From positions 41,963-105,962 of the IMG/VR virus record IMGVR_UViG_2711768162_000009: 64,000 nt of DNA; one strand, written 5' to 3'. A model generated the notes under the pieces. The model ran no database searches, was not told the origin of the DNA, and saw only the letters and a program-made list of their open reading frames with translations. This document shows, piece after piece, positions 8,677 to 17,904 of the stretch (the stretch's first letter is position 1; each line of letters begins with the position of its first letter). This DNA is from a virus (taxonomy: Duplodnaviria > Caudoviricetes). The position numbers and the translations under genes were made by a program.

Positions 8677-9920
8677 TGGCCGCGATCGTTGACGTCACCC
8701 TGCACAACAAGCAGATGGAAGTCTACGCCTCCAAGCACCGCTTCAAGGTGGTGGTCGCCGGTCGTCGTTGGGGTAAGTCGATGCTGTCCAAGTCCATGAT
8801 GATGCGGGCAGCCAAGAAGCCTCGTGCCAGGGTCTGGTATATCGCACCGACCTTCCGCATGGCGAAGCAGATCATGTGGGACGAGGTGCTGGAGTCGGTG
8901 CCGAAGCGGTGGATCAAGAAGGTGAACCACTCGACGCTGACCATCGTGCTCAAGAACCGCACCGAGATCAGCCTGAAAGGCGCCGATCGCCCCGACACCC
9001 TTCGCGGTGTGGCCCTGGACTTCGTGGTATTGGACGAGTTTCAGGACATGAAGGCGGACGTATGGGTCAAGGTCATCCGCCCTACTCTGTCCTCTACCGG
9101 CGGCGGTGCGATGATCATCGGCACGCCGAAGGCATTCAACTACCTCTACGAGCTGTGGAAGATCGGTCAGCGTCCCGACATGCAGCTTCAGGGGCAGTGG
9201 AAGTCCTGGCAGTTCAAAACCGCGACCTCGCCCTTCATTCCAGCAGAAGAGATCGAGGCAGCTCGAGCGGACATGGATGCCAAGTCCTTCGAGCAGGAAT
9301 ACGAGGCCAGCTTCAACACAATGTCGGGCCGGGTCTACTACCCGTTCGACCGCACCATCCACACCGGTCGCTACGAGTTCAATCCGGAACTGCCGATCTG
9401 GGTTGGTCAGGACTTCAACATCGACCCCATGTCGTCGGTGGTGATGCAGCCTCAGCCAAACGGCGAAATCTGGATCGTTGACGAAATCATCCTACCCTCG
9501 TCCAACACCAATGAGGTGTGCGATGCGCTGGAAAAGAAGTTCTGGCGATGGCAGCACAACGTCACGATCTACCCCGACCCTGCCGGCGGCCAGCGACAGC
9601 ACGCACGCGGCGAGACCGACATCGACATTTTCCGGACACGCGGCTTCAAGAAGGTGAAATACAAGCGAAAGCACCCGCCGGTCGCTGATCGCATCAACTC
9701 GGTGAACTCTCAGCTAATGTCTGCCAACGGTGACATTCGCCTCAAGGTCAACGAGACGTGCCGGGAGACCATCGCCGCCTTCGAGCAGACGCTTTACAAG
9801 CCCGGTGGTCGAGACGTCGATAAGGCCGCAGGCGTCGAGCACCCGGCAGATGCTCTGGGCTACTGCATCGAAATCGAACGGCCACTGCGCAAACGCCGCA
9901 TCATGGGGGCATCCGTATGA
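8676..9920 (+). CDS. Terminase large subunit
   Basis: AGRRWGKS Walker A, LRG...VVLDE Walker B, GTP coupling motif, GQDFNIDP nuclease, HPADALGY. Confidence 0.95.
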   Translation: MAAIVDVTLHNKQMEVYASKHRFKVVVAGRRWGKSMLSKSMMMRAAKKPRARVWYIAPTFRMAKQIMWDEVLESVPKRWIKKVNHSTLTIVLKNRTEISLKGADRPDTLRGVALDFVVLDEFQDMKADVWVKVIRPTLSSTGGGAMIIGTPKAFNYLYELWKIGQRPDMQLQGQWKSWQFKTATSPFIPAEEIEAARADMDAKSFEQEYEASFNTMSGRVYYPFDRTIHTGRYEFNPELPIWVGQDFNIDPMSSVVMQPQPNGEIWIVDEIILPSSNTNEVCDALEKKFWRWQHNVTIYPDPAGGQRQHARGETDIDIFRTRGFKKVKYKRKHPPVADRINSVNSQLMSANGDIRLKVNETCRETIAAFEQTLYKPGGRDVDKAAGVEHPADALGYCIEIERPLRKRRIMGASV

Positions 9921-9986
9921 CCAAAAGAGTAAGTAAGTGTTTACTTATTACGATGCCTGTGCTTGAATATCCCACTAGGTCATTAG

Positions 9987-11510
9987 GTGAAAGGCATGGA
10001 ACTTAAAGACGTCATCGAACGCAGGCATCCGGAATATAACGGCCTGATTCGCCATTGGAATTTCCTGAGCGCTACCTACGCAGGTGGGCGTGACTGGTTT
10101 GACGCCAACATCTTCCGTTATCACAAGGAAGGCGATGGCGAGTTTTCCAAGCGTCGAGAGCGTGCCTATCGCTTCAATCACACCCGCGAGATCGTGAATC
10201 TGGTCAACAAATACGTCTTCCGAGGCCAAGTGAAGCGCCAGGAAGAGCCGCCCAAGGAACTCGCCGAGTTCTGGAAGCGTGCGACCCGCGACGGTCGCAG
10301 TATTGACCAGTTCATGCGTCAAGCGGATGTGAAGGCGTCCACCTTTGGCCGTGTGTGGATCGTTGTTGATTCCACGCTTGTCGCAGACGCGGCGATCTCG
10401 GTCGCTGACCAGAAGGCAAGCGGCGGTCAGGTCTACGCCTACATTGTTCCCCCGACTCACATGCTCGATATGGGCTATGGAGAGGACGGCGAACTGCTGT
10501 GGGCTCTCATCTATGAGCCTGTCCGAGACGACGATGACCCCTTCGCCTCATCTGGCAAAACCATCAAGCGTTGGCGTATCTGGACCAAAGAGAAATGGTT
10601 CCTGATCGAAGAGCAGCCGAAAGGCAATCAACTGCACTACGAGATCGTCAAGCAAGGTGACAATGCCATCGGCGTGGTGCCTATCGTCCCGCTAGATGCT
10701 CTGGGAAACCACGAGTCGCAGTATTCGTCCCCCGCCCTCATCAACGACATTGCTTATCTGGATCGTGCGGTAGCCAACTACCTCTCGAACCTCGACGCCA
10801 TCATCCAAGATCAAACGTTTTCGCAGCTTGCGATTCCGGCGCAGAACATCGCACCTGGAGATGACGACTATAAGCAGATGGTCGAGATGGGCACTCGGCG
10901 AGTATTTGTCTATGACGGCGAAGGCGGTGCCGGCCCGCACTTCCTGTCACCTGACGTCAAGCAGGCCAGCCTCATCATTGATGTGGTAGCCAAGATCATC
11001 AACGAAATCTACCACTCCGTCGGCGTAGCTGGTGAGCGCACCAAGGCTGACAACAGCCAGGGGATCGACAACAGCTCGGGCGTGGCGAAAGCCTACGACT
11101 TCGAGCGGGTCAATTCCCTGCTGAGTGCAAAGTCTGCCGCTCTTCAGAAGGCCGAAAACGAGGTCGCCCGACTAGTCATGCTTTTCTCTGGCTCGGAAGA
11201 GGCAGTAAGCGATGACTTATCTGTCGTCCACTATCCGAAAGACTACGACGTTCGTGGCCTGACGGATGAGTTCGCCATCAGCGAACAGCTTTCTCTGATC
11301 GAGGCACCTGACTCGGTTCGCCGTGAGCAGATGCGCGCCCTGATCGACAAGCTCTTCCCTCACATGAAGGAGGACTTGCGTAGGGAGATCGAGAAGGAAC
11401 TGAAAGACTTCCCTGCCCAGCCGGAACCCACCCTGCCCCCGCTCTCTGGCGGACAAGGCCGGGCGGAAGCCGACGAAGAAGGGAATCCCGCTCAGTGGGT
11501 TGCCGAGTGA
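9987..11510 (+). CDS. Portal protein
   Basis: 507 aa directly after terL; HPEY N-terminus, SGVAKAYDF. Confidence 0.8.
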   Translation: MKGMELKDVIERRHPEYNGLIRHWNFLSATYAGGRDWFDANIFRYHKEGDGEFSKRRERAYRFNHTREIVNLVNKYVFRGQVKRQEEPPKELAEFWKRATRDGRSIDQFMRQADVKASTFGRVWIVVDSTLVADAAISVADQKASGGQVYAYIVPPTHMLDMGYGEDGELLWALIYEPVRDDDDPFASSGKTIKRWRIWTKEKWFLIEEQPKGNQLHYEIVKQGDNAIGVVPIVPLDALGNHESQYSSPALINDIAYLDRAVANYLSNLDAIIQDQTFSQLAIPAQNIAPGDDDYKQMVEMGTRRVFVYDGEGGAGPHFLSPDVKQASLIIDVVAKIINEIYHSVGVAGERTKADNSQGIDNSSGVAKAYDFERVNSLLSAKSAALQKAENEVARLVMLFSGSEEAVSDDLSVVHYPKDYDVRGLTDEFAISEQLSLIEAPDSVRREQMRALIDKLFPHMKEDLRREIEKELKDFPAQPEPTLPPLSGGQGRAEADEEGNPAQWVAE

Positions 11511-11560
11511 CCGGCCCCGCTAAACCGATAGGCCGAGTGACCGGCCAACAGGAGTAAGAA

Positions 11561-12442
11561 ATGCCTTGGTTCGCAAAATACAACGCTGATCGTCGTCTGT
11601 TCGACGCTGTGAAAGGTGAAGGTGAAGCTGCCGGCTCCGCTGGTTCCCAGGACGCCGCCGACGGCGCCAAGGGTGAAGGTGGTGTCGCGGAAAATGGCGA
11701 TGCGGCAGACGCCAAAGCCGAAAACAACAAGGGTGAAGGTGACAAGGGTCAGGAAGGCGCCAAGCCGACCGACCAGGAAGCCAAGCTGCTGAAGGAAGTG
11801 ATGGCGAAGAAGACTCAGCTCAAGGAGCTGGAAGGTCGTCTCAATGCCTTTGGTGACGTCACCCCGGAGCGTGTTCAGGAGCTGATTGAAGCGGAATCCG
11901 CTCGTCAGGCTGAGCAGGCTGAGCGCGAAAAGCAAGACCTCGAGAAGCGCGGCGAGTTTGATCGCCTTCGCGAAATGATGGTGTCAGAGCACGAGAAAGT
12001 TCTGAGCACCAAAGACCAAGAGCTTCAGGAGCTTCGCGAAGCCAATGCTCAACTGCTCGGTCGTCTTGACGACATGACGGTTGGCTCCAGCTTTAGCAAC
12101 TCCCCCTTCATCTCTGAAGAACTGCTGCTGACCCCGAGCAAGGCTCGCGTCGTCTACGGCAATCACTTCGAGGTGAAAGATGGTCAGGTCGTCGGATACG
12201 ACAAGCCGGCCGGTGCAAAAGATCGCACCGTTCTCGTGGATGGACGCGGTGAGCCCCTGGGCTTCGAAGATGCCATTCGCAAGCTGGTGGAAGCCGACCC
12301 TGAGCGCGATTCCCTGATTCGTGCAAAGGCCAAGCCCGGAGCCGGATCAAACAAACCCGAGGGTGGAAGTCCGCAAACGTCGATCCCGTCAGGTGTCGGT
12401 CGCATTGCGGCAGGACTGTCCTCGCTTTCTGCGAAAAAGTAA
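11561..12442 (+). CDS. Capsid scaffolding protein
   Basis: Low-complexity N-terminus plus coiled coil, KPGAGS C-terminus, upstream of capsid gene. Confidence 0.75.
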   Translation: MPWFAKYNADRRLFDAVKGEGEAAGSAGSQDAADGAKGEGGVAENGDAADAKAENNKGEGDKGQEGAKPTDQEAKLLKEVMAKKTQLKELEGRLNAFGDVTPERVQELIEAESARQAEQAEREKQDLEKRGEFDRLREMMVSEHEKVLSTKDQELQELREANAQLLGRLDDMTVGSSFSNSPFISEELLLTPSKARVVYGNHFEVKDGQVVGYDKPAGAKDRTVLVDGRGEPLGFEDAIRKLVEADPERDSLIRAKAKPGAGSNKPEGGSPQTSIPSGVGRIAAGLSSLSAKK

Positions 12443-12458
12443 GTAAGAAGTTACTGAT

Positions 12459-13373
12459 ATGCCTTTGCTGGTTCAAGAAGCCGCCAAACTGTCTGAAGCT
12501 GATCTTCAGCGCGGCATCATCGAAGAAATCATCGACAAGGAAGACCTGCTGGCGGTTCTGCCCTTCGTCCGCACCGACGGCAAGTCCTACGACTACGTTC
12601 GTGAGAAGACCCTGAGCGAAGCCGAGTTCCTGTCCCCGTATGACCCGGTGCCGGAAGGCGCGGCCACCTTCGATGAAGTCAGCACCAAGCTGCGCATCCT
12701 CGCTGGTGACGTGGACATCGACAAGTTCACTGCCGAGACTCAGAGCGACCTGAACGACCAGATCGCCATCCAGCTCCAGGGCAAGGCAAAGGGCATCACC
12801 CGCAAGTTCCGCCGCTCTCTGGCGCAGGGCGATTCCTCCGTCAACGCCAAGGAGTTCGACGGCATTGATCGCCTGGTCTACAACGACCAGGTTATCGTCG
12901 GTGGCGGCAACGCCATGTCCTTCACCATGCTCGACGAGCTGCTGGACGCCGTGCCCAACGGTGCCGACGCTATCTTCATGACCAGCGCCCACATCCGCGC
13001 CCTGCGTGCCATGCTGCGCGCTACCGGCGGTCTGGAGCCGGCACACATCATGATGGAGAACTTCGGTCGCCCGATGCTGACGCACAACGGCGTGCCGATC
13101 CTGGTCAACGACTTCCTGAACGTTGCTCAGGATGGTGAAGGCAAGCGCACCGCGCCGATCTTCGCCGCTCGTCTGAACGAGACCGATGGCCTGCACGGCA
13201 TCTTCGGCGGCGCCTCTGCCGGTGTCCGCATGGAAGAAATCGGCACCGTCCAGAACAAGGACGCCATCCGCTACCGCGTGAAGTGGTATGCCGGCCTGGC
13301 CCTGAAGTCCACCAAGTCCCTGGCTAAAGTGGCTGACGTGGCTATGGGTGAATCCGGCGGCCCGCTGGCATAA
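12459..13373 (+). CDS. Major capsid protein
   Basis: 304 aa, LPF...GDVDIDKF...KEFDGI...RVKWYAGLAL; strongly biased codons; terminator downstream. Confidence 0.9.
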   Translation: MPLLVQEAAKLSEADLQRGIIEEIIDKEDLLAVLPFVRTDGKSYDYVREKTLSEAEFLSPYDPVPEGAATFDEVSTKLRILAGDVDIDKFTAETQSDLNDQIAIQLQGKAKGITRKFRRSLAQGDSSVNAKEFDGIDRLVYNDQVIVGGGNAMSFTMLDELLDAVPNGADAIFMTSAHIRALRAMLRATGGLEPAHIMMENFGRPMLTHNGVPILVNDFLNVAQDGEGKRTAPIFAARLNETDGLHGIFGGASAGVRMEEIGTVQNKDAIRYRVKWYAGLALKSTKSLAKVADVAMGESGGPLA

Positions 13374-13411
13374 TCTTACGGGCGCAGGAGTAAGTCACGA
13401 CTTACTTATAG

Positions 13412-13442
13412 AGGGGTGGCAGGGATTCCTGCTGCCCCTTTT
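13412..13442 (+). terminator. Intrinsic terminator after capsid gene
   Basis: GGGGTGGCAGG-loop-CCTGCTGCCCC followed by TTTT. Confidence 0.75.
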
Positions 13443-13461
13443 GACGATCAGGAGAAAGAAG

Positions 13462-13890
13462 ATGAAGGTCAAAATCGCTGAACCGGCTCTCGCCAATTAC
13501 ACCGGCATTCTGTATCGCATCCAGTTCCTCAACGGCGAAAGTCTTCGTGAATTGACACCTGCTGAGGTCAGCATGATTGGCGCCGCCATGCGCGTCACTG
13601 ATCTGGAAGGCAACCAGGTGGGTGCGGCAGTGAATCACGGTCGGCGCAATGCCATGACGGTTTCTAAGGCGACCGAAGTCAATTCCAAGCAAGAGGCCGA
13701 GGCTTTGTCCGACGCTTCACCCGCCGGCAAGGCTGCCCCCGCCACCAAGACCTACACCGCTGATGAGCTAGCCGCCATCGCCGATGAGCAAGGTATTTCT
13801 GGGCTGCGCGAGATCGCGGACCCCCTTGGCATCAAGGGTCGCTCCATCAATGAGTTGATTCGCGAGATCACCGAGTATCAGGGGGCCTAA
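13462..13890 (+). CDS. Virion-associated hypothetical protein (C-terminal helical HeH/Rho-N-like module)
   Basis: AGGAG RBS; YTADELAAIA...LREIADPLGI. Confidence 0.65.
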   Translation: MKVKIAEPALANYTGILYRIQFLNGESLRELTPAEVSMIGAAMRVTDLEGNQVGAAVNHGRRNAMTVSKATEVNSKQEAEALSDASPAGKAAPATKTYTADELAAIADEQGISGLREIADPLGIKGRSINELIREITEYQGA

Positions 13891-13892
13891 GT

Positions 13893-14696
13893 ATGAATAC
13901 CTATGACGCTGGCGAATCGTTCAGCCTCTCCATCGACATTTCACAGGCCGGGGCTCCCAGTAGCGCCACCTACAGGGTTGTGGATCACGCTGGCGTCTTG
14001 GTGATCGAGAGCACTCCCCTTGAGGTCTACGGCGATGACGAATCACTGACGGTTCACCTCGAAGAGAACGCAACTACGCTGGCGGAGGGTCAGCGTCGCA
14101 AGCTGCTGACCATTCACCTCGAAGTGACCGACGATGAGGGCGGCCGGTTCAAGTTCCGGGAAACCGTCATCATCCAGAGCCAGGCCGGGCTTATCGTGCC
14201 GGCCGAGTCGTTCCAGTCTGTGAGCGAGGCGCTTCTGGTCTCCATGGACGTCTTCGAGGTTCCCCACTGGGAGGCGGCAGGCGAAGAGGATCGCCGAAAG
14301 GCGCTGATTGAAGCTGCACACCGGATCAATCAGCTCAAATTCTCTCGTCTGGAAGACCTCTATTGCGATGACATGGATCGCATCGACGTTCCCGCTGGGT
14401 GGTATCCGGACGGCTGCCGGCAGCTACCGATCTCCGATCTTCCTGAAGCCGTCTGGGTCGCCCTTCCCTCGATGTTCATCGCGGATCTCAAGGTTGCCCA
14501 GGTGATCGAGGCGGACTCAGTGCTCTCGGGCGAGACCGCAGAGGAAAAGCGCTTGTCGGGCATCTTGTCGGATACCGTCGGGGAGACCTCGCAGATGTTT
14601 CGCACGGGCAAGCCAATGGAGCTGCCGGTGTCCAAGCGAACCATGAGGCGGCTGGCCCGGTGGGTAGACACGACCTGGAGGGTGGGCCGTGGATAA
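13893..14696 (+). CDS. Head-tail adaptor (probable)
   Basis: Position; WEAA...RRKALIEAAHRI and SDTVGE motifs. Confidence 0.65.
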   Translation: MNTYDAGESFSLSIDISQAGAPSSATYRVVDHAGVLVIESTPLEVYGDDESLTVHLEENATTLAEGQRRKLLTIHLEVTDDEGGRFKFRETVIIQSQAGLIVPAESFQSVSEALLVSMDVFEVPHWEAAGEEDRRKALIEAAHRINQLKFSRLEDLYCDDMDRIDVPAGWYPDGCRQLPISDLPEAVWVALPSMFIADLKVAQVIEADSVLSGETAEEKRLSGILSDTVGETSQMFRTGKPMELPVSKRTMRRLARWVDTTWRVGRG

Positions 14697-15405
14697 TCGC
14701 TTCGCTTACCTCGACACATACGCCAAGAAAGCCGTGGATGCGGAAAGAGCGTTCCACAGTTCACTGATAGGCTCCAAGGAAGGAGCCATTACATCAGCTC
14801 GACGCCGGCCCAACCCTTCAATGGCCCAAATGCTCAACGACTCGAGCATGGGCTTTCATACCGCTCTCGATCAGCGCAGCGCCCTGCTCTACGCCGCTTG
14901 CAGCTCCGTGGTGGCCCTGTCTCTTACCGAAGCGACCCGAATCGTCGGCTCGCTTATGGACGACGAAACGACCGAGCTGTCTCGCTACGCGATGGGATTC
15001 ACCCTGGATCGCCTGCGTCGCGATGCAGAGTCTCGCGTGACCCAGTTCCAGCTCGACATGAAGCGCATATCCATCCTGTCACGCTCGATGCGCTCGGAAC
15101 ATGCTTGGGATTCCTCCGCAGCGCTCCTACGCGCTCGCGAGAGCGTCGATAGCAAGTCATCCGTGTCCTTGGACTCCATTGGACGCAGACAGCGCACAGA
15201 GCGCTTTACGCGTCTTCTGGTGAGGGGCTTGGGTCTTTCGGTTCTGGTCGATTCGGTCGTCTCCGCTTCTGATCGGGAGCACTTTGAGGTTGTGACCTTC
15301 GAGGGTGAGGTGGTGGATGTGCTTCACGTCGACGACTACCAGGATCGCCGAGATGACCTGTTTCACCCTCAAGCACGGCGCTTTTTGCGGCCTACAGGTA
15401 AGTAA
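14689..15405 (+). CDS. Hypothetical morphogenesis protein
   Basis: Coupled ORF in head-tail cluster. Confidence 0.6.
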   Translation: MDNRFAYLDTYAKKAVDAERAFHSSLIGSKEGAITSARRRPNPSMAQMLNDSSMGFHTALDQRSALLYAACSSVVALSLTEATRIVGSLMDDETTELSRYAMGFTLDRLRRDAESRVTQFQLDMKRISILSRSMRSEHAWDSSAALLRARESVDSKSSVSLDSIGRRQRTERFTRLLVRGLGLSVLVDSVVSASDREHFEVVTFEGEVVDVLHVDDYQDRRDDLFHPQARRFLRPTGK

Positions 15406-15439
15406 CTGCTTACTTTTATGACCAACGCAGGTAGAATGA

Positions 15440-15796
15440 ATGTTTAGACCAAACACCTATTGCTCGGTCAGCAAGCGAGATTCGTTCGACAGGTGGGGGC
15501 GCGAGAAATACGGCGACCCTAAGCGAGTGAAGTGCTCTGTCGTCCGGCTCAAAGCCAGCCGCGAGAAATCTTCGGTTCGAGCCGACAGCTCTGCCTCCAG
15601 GGGTCGAGCCAAAGAGATCGAATCAGACTCAGTGCTGCTGCTGCCTCCAACCTTCCAGATCGAAATCGGAGACAAGGTGGAAATCCTTGGGATGGCTTTG
15701 GAGGTCGAGAGTATCGAGCCGCGCCTGAGCATTTCAGGCCGACACGACCATAACGAAGTGGGTTTGTGCATATGGGTATCGAAGTTCGAGGGGTAG
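15440..15796 (+). CDS. Head closure protein (probable)
   Basis: 118 aa; DRWGRE...IEIGDKVEI pattern; position. Confidence 0.6.
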   Translation: MFRPNTYCSVSKRDSFDRWGREKYGDPKRVKCSVVRLKASREKSSVRADSSASRGRAKEIESDSVLLLPPTFQIEIGDKVEILGMALEVESIEPRLSISGRHDHNEVGLCIWVSKFEG

Positions 15797-16260
15797 GCAC
15801 CACCACGCTCCGCCTCAACAACATCGCCAATCGAACCTCTCGGCAGCTCTATCGGTTGATGGAGCAAGCTGCGCAAGAAACCAAGAAGCGCATCGAGATG
15901 CAGACTCACAAAGACACCGGAGCGCTTGAGTCGGCTATTCGCGTCAGGCGCCTGTCTCGAGGCGGAATCAACGGACGCACCTCTTTCGAGGTCTTCATTG
16001 ACCCTGAAAAGCGCAGAAGAGTTCGCACCAGGGGAGGCGGAATCCGGCGACAGCGGGTTGTCACGTATGCCCGCCGGCTCGAGACCGGCGAATGGGGTAA
16101 GACGCTTGGCCCCCGATCTCGTCGCAAAGATGAGCAGATGCGTGGACAAGACCCCACGGTCAGGGTCGGAACGGGCTTCATGACCCGCAGTATTCGATTC
16201 GTAGAAGCAGTCTATCGCCGCAAAATCGAGCGTGCGATAGAGCAATCCATCAGGAGGTAG
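15772..16260 (+). CDS. Neck/tail-completion protein (HK97 gp10-like)
   Basis: MGIEVRGV...DTGALESAI...YARRLETG. Confidence 0.65.
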   Translation: MGIEVRGVGTTTLRLNNIANRTSRQLYRLMEQAAQETKKRIEMQTHKDTGALESAIRVRRLSRGGINGRTSFEVFIDPEKRRRVRTRGGGIRRQRVVTYARRLETGEWGKTLGPRSRRKDEQMRGQDPTVRVGTGFMTRSIRFVEAVYRRKIERAIEQSIRR

Positions 16261-16263
16261 CGG

Positions 16264-16647
16264 GTGATTGAGCGTGCAATCATCGAAGCCCTGGAACGCA
16301 GCAGACTCGGCTTCGAGACCTATCCCATCTTCTACAACACCATCCCCGAGTCGGTGCCTGTCGCCGTGATGGTGGATACCCCGATTCCGGGCTTCGAGAT
16401 TGACCCCGAACTGCCCGGCTACTTCAACGACATGATCGAAATCGTGATCCGACACAACGACCCCGAAGCCGGGATCAGCCTGTGTCGGAAAGTGATGAGA
16501 GTTCTCGAGGTGAGGAACCTCCGCATTGGAGGCTATCACTTCAACCACATTCGACCCGTCAGCGAGCCCACCGCCTACCCGCTTTCTGCGGCCGGCAATG
16601 GAGAGTTCGCCGTCCGGTTCGAATTTAGCTGTTACCGCGTAGATTAA
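16264..16647 (+). CDS. Tail terminator / minor capsid-like protein
   Basis: 127 aa immediately before the tail tube gene. Confidence 0.6.
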   Translation: MIERAIIEALERSRLGFETYPIFYNTIPESVPVAVMVDTPIPGFEIDPELPGYFNDMIEIVIRHNDPEAGISLCRKVMRVLEVRNLRIGGYHFNHIRPVSEPTAYPLSAAGNGEFAVRFEFSCYRVD

Positions 16648-16654
16648 GGAGACC

Positions 16655-17140
16655 ATGATGGCTCGCGAAAACATCAAGCTGGGTGCTTGCAACGGCACCT
16701 TCAAAGGCACCCAACTCGGCCTGACCAAAGGCGGTGTTGAGGTGAGTGTCGAGACCACCACCCACCCCGTCACTGTCGATCAGCACGGCGAGACGGTGAT
16801 CGAAGAATTCATCACCAAGCGCAGCTTCAAGGTCACTGTGCCCCTGGCCGAAACTACCATCGAGCTGATGGGCCTTGCCCTGCCCGGCTCCGACGTTCAG
16901 GACGGTCAGCTCGTCATCAAGGATGGCGTCGGCACCTCCCTGCTGGATGGGGCCGGTGAACTGTCCCTGGCCCCCGTGTCTGGCGGCAACGACGAGCCGG
17001 TGCGCTTCCCGAAAGCCAACACTGCCGGCAACTTCTCGTTCGCCTACCGCCACAACGAAGAGCGCGTCTACAACATCGAGTTCACCATCTACCCCGATGA
17101 CGAGGGTGTGCTTGGCTACTTCGGCACTGCTGCGCCTTAA
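16655..17140 (+). CDS. Major tail tube protein
   Basis: IKLGAC...LGLTKGGVEV...VDQHGET...VPLAETT; terminator downstream. Confidence 0.8.
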   Translation: MMARENIKLGACNGTFKGTQLGLTKGGVEVSVETTTHPVTVDQHGETVIEEFITKRSFKVTVPLAETTIELMGLALPGSDVQDGQLVIKDGVGTSLLDGAGELSLAPVSGGNDEPVRFPKANTAGNFSFAYRHNEERVYNIEFTIYPDDEGVLGYFGTAAP

Positions 17141-17176
17141 TTGGCGCTGGTAAGTAAGTCACTACTTACTTATCAT

Positions 17177-17199
17177 AGGGGGCTATCAAGCCCCCTTTT
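17177..17199 (+). terminator. Intrinsic terminator after tail tube gene
   Basis: GGGGGCT-ATCA-AGCCCCC-TTTT. Confidence 0.75.
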
Positions 17200-17224
17200 C
17201 ACGTTTGCAACACGAGATCACACC

Positions 17225-17554
17225 ATGTCTGTCGAAATGCTCAATCTGGACGACCTCAACCCCGTCATCAAGCAGTTCCAGTTCAAGGGTGTCACCTACG
17301 ACATTTGCGAGATTCAGCTCGGTGAGTTTATCCGTATGACCGCCGAACAGAAGTCGTTCGAGTCCCGCGTCAAGGATGGTTCGGCCACTGAAGAAGACCT
17401 GCTCGCCCACTACCGCGTGAACATCAAGCGCATGATTCCCGCTCTCACGGACGAAGTGTTGGACAGCATGACCTTCCGGCAAGTGCAGGTGCTGATGGAC
17501 TTCATCAACGCCAGTGCCGTGAACGAGAAAAGCGTCGCTGAAGCAAAAAAGTAA
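17225..17554 (+). CDS. Tail assembly chaperone (gpG-like)
   Basis: Between tail tube and tape measure; ends in slippery sequence A AAA AAG. Confidence 0.8.
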   Translation: MSVEMLNLDDLNPVIKQFQFKGVTYDICEIQLGEFIRMTAEQKSFESRVKDGSATEEDLLAHYRVNIKRMIPALTDEVLDSMTFRQVQVLMDFINASAVNEKSVAEAKK

Positions 17555-17904
17555 CGCGGGCAGATCAGGACGAGAAGCCGAGCGTCGTGAGCATCGACCT
17601 CGGCTACTTCATATCCCGCGTCATGCGCTTCTACTCAATGAACTACCGGGACGTCCTTGATCTGCCCCTGAAGGCGTTCTGGATGCTCGACCGAAATATC
17701 TCCCGCATCAAGGCCGAAGACGACCTGCGCCAAGTTCGTCTCAGCGCACTTGCCAGCTCCGGCAGCAAGGAAGCGCTCGAGAACTTCATGACCGAACTCA
17801 GCGATGAGATCGGCAAGCCGATCCAGCAGGACCAGTCAGCCATGGAGCCTGGCGCCATGGATCGTCTCAAGTCGCTTATGGGAGCACCGAATGGACAGAG
17901 ATGA
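17545..17904 (+). CDS. Tail assembly chaperone frameshift extension (gpGT-like, -1 frame)
   Basis: The -1 frame is open from the slippery heptamer 17545-17551 into ORF 17587..17904. Confidence 0.75.
   Translation, partial: KKVTRADQDEKPSVVSIDLGYFISRVMRFYSMNYRDVLDLPLKAFWMLDRNISRIKAEDDLRQVRLSALASSGSKEALENFMTELSDEIGKPIQQDQSAMEPGAMDRLKSLMGAPNGQR

Noticed and set aside
15457-16773. Long minus-strand ORFs (also 12108..13196, 19097..20335, 24168..24971)
   Set aside because: Antisense shadows of well-supported plus-strand structural genes in GC-rich DNA, with no recognisable motifs
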